From the human T2T-CHM13v2.0 reference genome, Homo sapiens, in NCBI RefSeq assembly GCF_009914755.1, contig NC_060943.1: a stretch of DNA of 64,000 nucleotides. One strand, given 5' to 3'. How positions within the stretch are numbered: position 1 is the stretch's first letter; every line of letters begins with the position of its first letter. Of the stretch, positions 1 to 64,000 are shown in pieces. The notes beneath the pieces are model-generated. The model had not been told where the DNA came from and did no database searches. It saw only the letters and a program-made list of their open reading frames with translations. The position numbers were made by a program, and so were the translations under genes.

Positions 1-296
1 CTTTGGGTCTGGGTTTCCCCCCAGCGACTCCCATCTCTATCCCCGCAGCCTCTAACTGCCGTCAGATGCCCTCGGCCCTCCCGTCACCTCACACATCCCC
101 CGGGGAGAGTCTTGTGCTTGCCCCTCGGCCCCCAGCCCGCCCCTGCTGGAATTCGGCTCCTGGGTCCAGATCCTCCGTTTCCTGATTCTCCTCTTCAGTG
201 AACCCCAGCCCTTCCTCGATGTTTTCAGGGTTCCCCCAAATCCAGCTCCTGTCCCATCTCCAGCCCTCAAGGTCAGCCCCCCAAACCCAGCCCCAC

Positions 297-518
297 GGGG
301 ATCCCCAAATCCAGACAGCCCCTGGCCCGCCATCCCTGCCATGTGACAAAGGGGTTGTGCAATCCAGCCCCCTCCCCTGACCCCCTCCCTGAGGGGATTT
401 TTGAGGAGGGCCGAGCTTGTGGCCAGCGGGCACCCTCCTCCCCCCGGCAGGGGCTGGGCCAAGATATAAATAGGGTTGGCGGCTGCAGCGGGCGGCAAAC
501 AGCCCGCCCGGCACCACC
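297..518 (+). promoter_or_regulatory. SPIB: SPIB upstream promoter (P1): TATA box and kappaB-like site
   Basis: TATAAATA at 465-472, about 50 bp before the ATG. Palindromic GGGGATCCCC at 297-306 fits the NF-kB consensus GGGRNNYYCC. Confidence 0.7.
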
Positions 519-9896
<9,378 letters not shown>

Positions 9897-10984
9897 GCAC
9901 ACCCGAGGCTCCCACCTGCGGAGCCGCTGGGGGACCTCACGTCCCAGCCAGGATCCCCCTGGAAGAAAAAGGGCGTCCCCACACTCTAGGTGATAGGACT
10001 TACGCATCCCCACCTTTTGGGGTAAGGGGAGTGCTGCCCTGCCATAATCCCCAAGCCCAGCCCGGGCCTGTCTGGGATTCCCCACTTGTGCCTGGGGTCC
10101 CTCTGGGATTTCTTTGTCATGTACAGACTCCCTGGGATCCTCATGTTTTGGGTGACAGGACCTATGGACCACTATACTCGGGGAGGCAGGGTAGCAGTTC
10201 TTCCAGAATCCCAAGAGCTTCTCTGGGATTTTCTTGTGATATCTGATTCCCCAGTGAGGCCTGGGACGTTTTTAAGATCGCTGTGTGTCTGTAAACCCTG
10301 AATCTCATCTGGGGTGGGGGCCCTGCTGGCAACCCTGAGCCCTGTCCAAGGTTCCCTCTTGTCAGATCTGAGATTTCCTAGTTATGTCTGGGGCCCTCTG
10401 GGAGCTGTTATCATCTCAGATCTCTTCGCCCATCTATGGCTGTGTTGTCACATCTGTCCCCTCATTTTTGAGATCCCCCAATTCTCTGGAACTATTCTGC
10501 TGCCCCTTTTTATGTGTCTGGAGTTCCCCAATCACATCTAGGGCTCCTCCAAGATCCTTTTGTCATGTCTGAAATCACTCTTGAGAGGTCTGGGGTGGAG
10601 GATGGGGAGTCAGTGAAATGTGTCATGTCTGGGCCCTGTCAGGGACACCCTTGTTATATCTGGGATCCTCCAATCACATCTGAGACCTCCTAGGCTCTCC
10701 ATCTGATATGCCCTTTCAGGGACCCCACAAAGACTGAGTTCTCATGGGGATCCTACCCTTCCTAGTGCCACTCCCTATGGCCATGCTGAAGACCACTCTG
10801 GCCACGCGACTGATTTTGGGTGATCATGGCAGCTCCCCACCCATGTCATTTCTAACCAGAAGTCTCAAGGTCGTCACCCCCCTGCCCCCCAACCGAGGCC
10901 CCGGTCGCTGGTGGTGGTCTCTTTAGTGCACTGTAGCACTTGGTGGTGGAGGTGTGAGGGATCCACATTAACAGCAGGCCATCA

Positions 10985-11592
<608 letters not shown>

Positions 11593-12021
11593 TCAAAATA
11601 GGGAGACTTTGCATAATCCAGATTTCTGCCTTCACTTAAAACTTTGGACGGTCTGGAGAGAGTCGGCCAGTTTTCGGTGGGGGGTGGGGAGCTGGAACAG
11701 GACAGTAGCCTTTCCTAATGAGGCATTTGTTCTCCAATCTGCCCCAGTCGCTGCCATCCCTGGCTATCTCACCCTAGCAGCTTCTCAAGCCTGTTGGCTT
11801 TAGACCACTGTATAAACCCAGCTGGAACTGAAGCCTGGGTGGACTATGGAGCCCTGGTTGGGACCCCCAGGGAGTCAAAGGCTGCGGGCCAAGAGGCCAG
11901 AGGTCCTTGAGCCTGGGTGGGCAGGTGGATCTAGGGTGCATGACTTGCTGCTTCCCAACCTTAGTTTGTCCCTTCTGTGAAAAAGGGAGAGAAGGAGGAG
12001 GAAGATCTCAAAAAGACTTTC

Positions 12022-12398
<377 letters not shown>

Positions 12399-12584
12399 CT
12401 AGAGACACGAGAAGTCCATGTGGAGGCACACAGCAGCTGATGGCAGAGCCCAGGCTGGGACCTGCCCTTAAGAGAATGAGTGGGAAGGGGGAGGGAGGAA
12501 GGGCAGGTAAAACGTCCTCCCCAGGGCCCCCTGCAACGGGGAAGGTACTTTTTACAAAAGCTATCATTGTCACCCTAAATGTGG

Positions 12585-12590
12585 AATAAA
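12585..12590 (+). terminator. SPIB: Polyadenylation signal AATAAA of SPIB
   Basis: Canonical hexamer in unique sequence downstream of the last exon. Confidence 0.65.
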
Positions 12591-12732
12591 ATAAGATGCA
12601 TCGACGTAGACAAACCTCCTGGGACCTTTTGTCAGGGACTGCAATCCTGCCCCTCCACTGAGGCCGCTGGCTCTCAGAGACACCGTGACATCACGGGTGA
12701 TGATGAGAGGAGTTCAAAGAGAGAATTATATG

Positions 12733-13025
12733 CTGGCGCGGTGGCTCTGTAATCCCAACACTTTGGGGGGCCAAGGCAGGAGGATCGCTTGAGTACAGGA
12801 GTTTGAAACCAGCCTGGGCAAGATAGTGAGATCCCCTTCCCACCCGTCTACAAAAAAAATAAAAAATTAGCGGGGTGTGGTGGCGTATGCCTGTAATTCC
12901 AGCTACTCCGAACTACTGAGGTGGGAGGGTCACTTGAGCACAGGAAGTTGAGGCTGCAGTGAGCCGTGATCGTGCCCCTGCACTCCAGACACGGCGAGAC
13001 CCTGTCTCAAAAACAAACAAACAAA
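12733..13025 (+). mobile_element. AluJ-like
   Basis: Diverged dimer. Confidence 0.8.
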
Positions 13026-13199
13026 TCACAAAGACACCATACAGCAAAACCTATCTGAACCTTAATGCCGAGAAATAAGAGGCTTGACGCGCAGGCACAG
13101 AGGGTTCCGTTTATGTCTTCCTCTATTCCTGCCAACTGAAGTTCTCCACCTCCTCCCCGCTTCCCCTTCCGTCTGGGTGTCTGTCCCCTTCCCTCTGAA

Positions 13200-13990
13200 T
13201 TGAGCCCTCGGGCTGGCAGCGAGGGACGCGAGGCTTCAGGTGGCCGCGGCACTGCAGGCCTGGGCCCCTCCCCAACTTAGCGGGGCTCGCGGGAGCGCAG
13301 TGGCAGTCTGCCTGGCAACCCGTGACATCACATGGAACTGACGCCGGATTGGCTGGACGCTCCCCGGAGGCGGAGAAATTTCCGGCTCGTAGGGGGTTTT
13401 GGAAAAGGAGGAGGGGGAAGATGAACAGGAAAAAAAAGCGGAGGGACTTGTTTTCCTCACACCGGGTCCCTCACGCTGCGTTACTAGCCAGGCAGTCCCC
13501 CAGCCTTAACCCTAAGTCCCCAACACCCTTTCCCTCCTTCCTCCCCACAACACCTGGTGTCCCCAAGCCCCGCCCCTCCCCAGGCCCCGCCCCCTCGGCT
13601 CCCCGCCGCGTCCAGAGCCACCCCATTCAGAAAGTCACAGGTCCCCCTGCCGGGAAGGGCGCCAACGTCCGGGCAGCCCTCCAGGGCCTTCCCAGCCTCC
13701 CACCCGCCCCCACCGGGGACGCCCACCCCCTACCCGCGTCCGGTGCCTGCCGTGCCCGCTCCGGGAAGAGTCGCGGGGAGCGGTCCCAGGAGGGGCGGCG
13801 GCCAGTCCGGGGTCCCAGATGGCCGGGGCCCCAGCTCTTTGGGTTTGCCCACGCCCGGGGCGCGAAACTCCGGAGTCCCAGAGCCGCGGCGCCCTCCCCG
13901 GAGGCGCAGGGACCTCCTCCCCCCGCCGCCGTCCTGCCTACGCTAGGAAACCGGACCCTCCCTCCCGGCTCCGGTTTCCCGAAAACTCCT
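13200..13990. promoter_or_regulatory. Intergenic CpG island between SPIB and MYBPC2
   Basis: Dense CpG and GC boxes (CCCCGCCCC) over about 800 bp, with no exon assigned. Confidence 0.65.
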
Positions 13991-14109
13991 GACTTGCAGA
14001 TGCTAAGAATGGCTTCCTAGACCCTGTCCCTCCCCTCCCTGCTTCATGCCAGAGCTCTGGCCCGCAGCCCTTACCCCCTTGAGACCCTCAGTCTCTTCCT
14101 CTTCCTTCT

Positions 14110-14310
14110 CCCGGGACCCAGGCGTCCAGGCGCTCGTCCTTTCTAGGGAACCCAAGAATCTGGGACCCCAGTTGCTTCTGCTCCCAGACTCAGGGGTCCA
14201 AGCACCCAGTCCCCTCCTCCCTGAGATTCTGGAGTCCGAGCCCCAGCCCCCTCCTCCCTCAGACCCAGGTGTCCGAGCCCCAGCCCCTCCTCCCTGGGGA
14301 CCTGGCTCTC
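14110..14310 (-). repeat. MSR1 37-bp chr19 minisatellite (degenerate) upstream of the MYBPC2 TSS
   Basis: Units such as ccagcccctcctccctcagacccaggtgtccgagcc. Confidence 0.75.
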
Positions 14311-14319
14311 AGCCATCTC

Positions 14320-14514
14320 CCTAGGTCCAGCTGTTATTTCTCGCCCTTTAGAACATGCGGGCGGAATGTGGGGCGGCCCTGTGGTCTGATGTCTCCCGGA
14401 GCCTTCTGGGAGTCTCAGGACTCATTAAAAGGCTCCCCTTAGGGGCCCACCTGTCCTCCCTAGGGCCTAGCGGGACGCGGCTGCGGTCAGAGGAGCAGGA
14501 GGAGGTCCCCCGAC
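14320..14514 (+). promoter_or_regulatory. MYBPC2: MYBPC2 proximal promoter / 5' UTR
   Basis: E-boxes CAGCTG 14328-14333 and CACCTG 14448-14453, an AT-rich GTTATTTC element, and TATA-like ATTAAAA 14424-14430 just upstream of exon 1. Confidence 0.55.
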
Positions 14515-47722
<33,208 letters not shown>

Positions 47723-48304
47723 GACCTGTCCCCTACCTGCCAAGACAATTGGTGGTGGAGTCCTGACCCCAATCCCCAACCTCCCAGGACTGTGTTCTTT
47801 CTGGAGTTTTCGCTGAGAACAAAACAGTGTTGTCTGGACCCTGGAGTGTCTGTCCTTCTTGACTCCGTAGCTCCGTCTTCCTCCTGCAGGGGATTGGTCA
47901 CCCCGGGGTTGGCGACGGGAGCAGCTGCGTCGACACAGGCCGCGGTGAGGTGGCCTCTTGGAATAGCTACTTTAGCGAGGCAGCCACGTTGTCACAGCAA
48001 CCACAGAGCATCAGAGGTGAACCCAAGCCCACGGGGAGGCCGGCCCCAGAGAAGCTGCTGGGAGGGAGGGAGGGTGCAGGCTAGGGGCAACGACAGTGGC
48101 AGCGAGTCAAAGACACACCCAGGCCACACCCAGAAGGCCACTCTACCGAAGCAGCTGTGTCGCTGTGGCCGCCTCTAGGCCTTGGCAGCGGCCCCAAGAG
48201 CTAGACGTGGTGAACCGAAGAGGGAGGCAGCCGTACTGGACAAACTGCCAGGCAGCTGCGCGGACTTGGTGACGAAGGCGAAACCGCTCGTGGCCTGCTT
48301 GTTG

Positions 48305-48469
48305 GTTCTTAATGGACTGACCTTTATTAACTTTAATATCTCATCTGCCCGGCCCTGAGGCAAGGTACTTTGATCTCTGGTCATTCGGTGACCTTGAAGG
48401 ATGCTGGAAGACTCAGAGTCCCCAGAGTTCAGAGGTCTTGGGGTCAAGTCTGGCTTCCACGCCTTGGGG
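48305..48469 (-). other. GARIN5A: GARIN5A terminal (currently untranslated) exon with polyA signal
   Basis: Pyrimidine-rich acceptor (plus-strand ctggggagagagag from 48470). Minus-strand AATAAA at 48328-48323. The matching upstream donor is GAG|GTGAGG at 49070/49069. Confidence 0.75.
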
Positions 48470-48889
48470 CTGGGGAGAGAGAGTTTGTTTCAGAGGCCTT
48501 GGCCTGCAGTTAGGGAGTGAGGGGGCGGGGAGGGACTTTGCACTTACTGGAATGGCAGGGGAAGCCAGGTGTCCTAAGAGGGGGCACAGATTCCAGTGCC
48601 CCCAGCTTCTAAAACTGGCATCATCCCCTGCTCCACCTTGACCCCCAAGGCCCTACAGAGAACTGGACATTGGGCCTGGCTGACCCCACTCCTTCAGGGC
48701 ACAGGTTGTCCCTCTCTAGACCCTACTCTGGTATGTCACGGGGAGAGGGGCTGGGGCACGGGTGTGGGTGGCTGTGTGTGTTCCCAAGTAGGATACGACA
48801 GCCCCCTTGGCTAGGGGTGCCAAGGCCCTGGAGAGACTGCTGGCTTCTACCCACAGACCCCCATATCCCTGGGTCACCTCTACTTCCAG

Positions 48890-49025
48890 AACCAGGAGTC
48901 CAGGCCCCAGCCCCTCCTCCCTCAGACCCAGGAGTCCAGGACCCCAGCCCTCATCTCCCTCAGACCCAGGAGTCCAGGACCCAAGCTCTCTCCTCTCTTA
49001 GACCTGGGAGTCCTCAGACACCTCC
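48890..49025 (-). repeat. MSR1 37-bp minisatellite, about 3 copies, GARIN5A last intron
   Basis: ccaggagtccaggccccagcccctcctccctcagac units. Confidence 0.85.
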
Positions 49026-49138
49026 CCTCTGCCCTCTGCTGCCCCACTGCGCTTCCCCCCTCTCCTCACCTCCTCCCACTCCCTCTGGGCCTCCACCTCA
49101 TCATCATCACCCTCCCCATCTACATCCTCCAGCACCTC

Positions 49139-63744
<14,606 letters not shown>

Positions 63745-64000
63745 GGGCCCAGGCTGGTCAGCGTCCCGTCTTGCACACCCAGGGGCCTCCCTTTCTGCTG
63801 GAGTCCCCTGTGTCCTCAGCCATCCCAAGAAGGGTTTGCTGGTCCCTCCTTTCCCCCCGTCCCACGAGGCCACCTGGGCCAGCCCCTTGTCCTCTGCCTT
63901 CTGCTGGCAGAGGAGCAGCTGGACTGGGGCCTTTGGCACAGCAGCCGGTGTCTCCTGCGCCCGCCTCCCCCATGGCCCCATGCAGCCCCAGGGGCTTCCC

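Noticed and set aside
13322-14020. 232-aa ORF in the intergenic CpG island
   Set aside because: Low-complexity P/R/G/A composition expected from GC-rich sequence, a GTG start, and no recognisable domain.

Overview
Human (primate) genomic DNA, GC-rich and Alu-dense, recognisable as chr19q13.33. It holds four spliced protein-coding genes, all traced exon by exon. (1) SPIB (+, 6 coding exons, 262 aa ETS factor; this haplotype has Pro at codon 104). (2) MYBPC2 (+, 28 coding exons, 1141 aa fast-muscle myosin-binding protein C). (3) GARIN5A/FAM71E1 (-, 247 or 231 aa), convergent with MYBPC2. (4) EMC10 (+, 262 aa membrane and 254 aa alternative isoforms), head-to-head with GARIN5A across a CpG island with three palindromic CRE sites. 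The rest is about 60 Alus, L1/L2/MIR/MLT/MER fragments, a MER41-type solo LTR, chr19 MSR1 37-bp minisatellites and several VNTR/STR tracts. No prokaryotic-type system (CRISPR etc.) is present, and nearly all listed ORFs are repeat or GC artefacts. Most notable observations: an intact, spliced in-frame acidic tail behind the GARIN5A TAA, suggesting a premature stop; an exact 21-bp duplication giving twin splice donors at MYBPC2 exon 19; the CRE cluster; a perfect 74-bp triplication; a micro-inversion inside a CCAT tract; and three Alus inserted serially at one target site. Repeat coordinates and family names are by eye and approximate.
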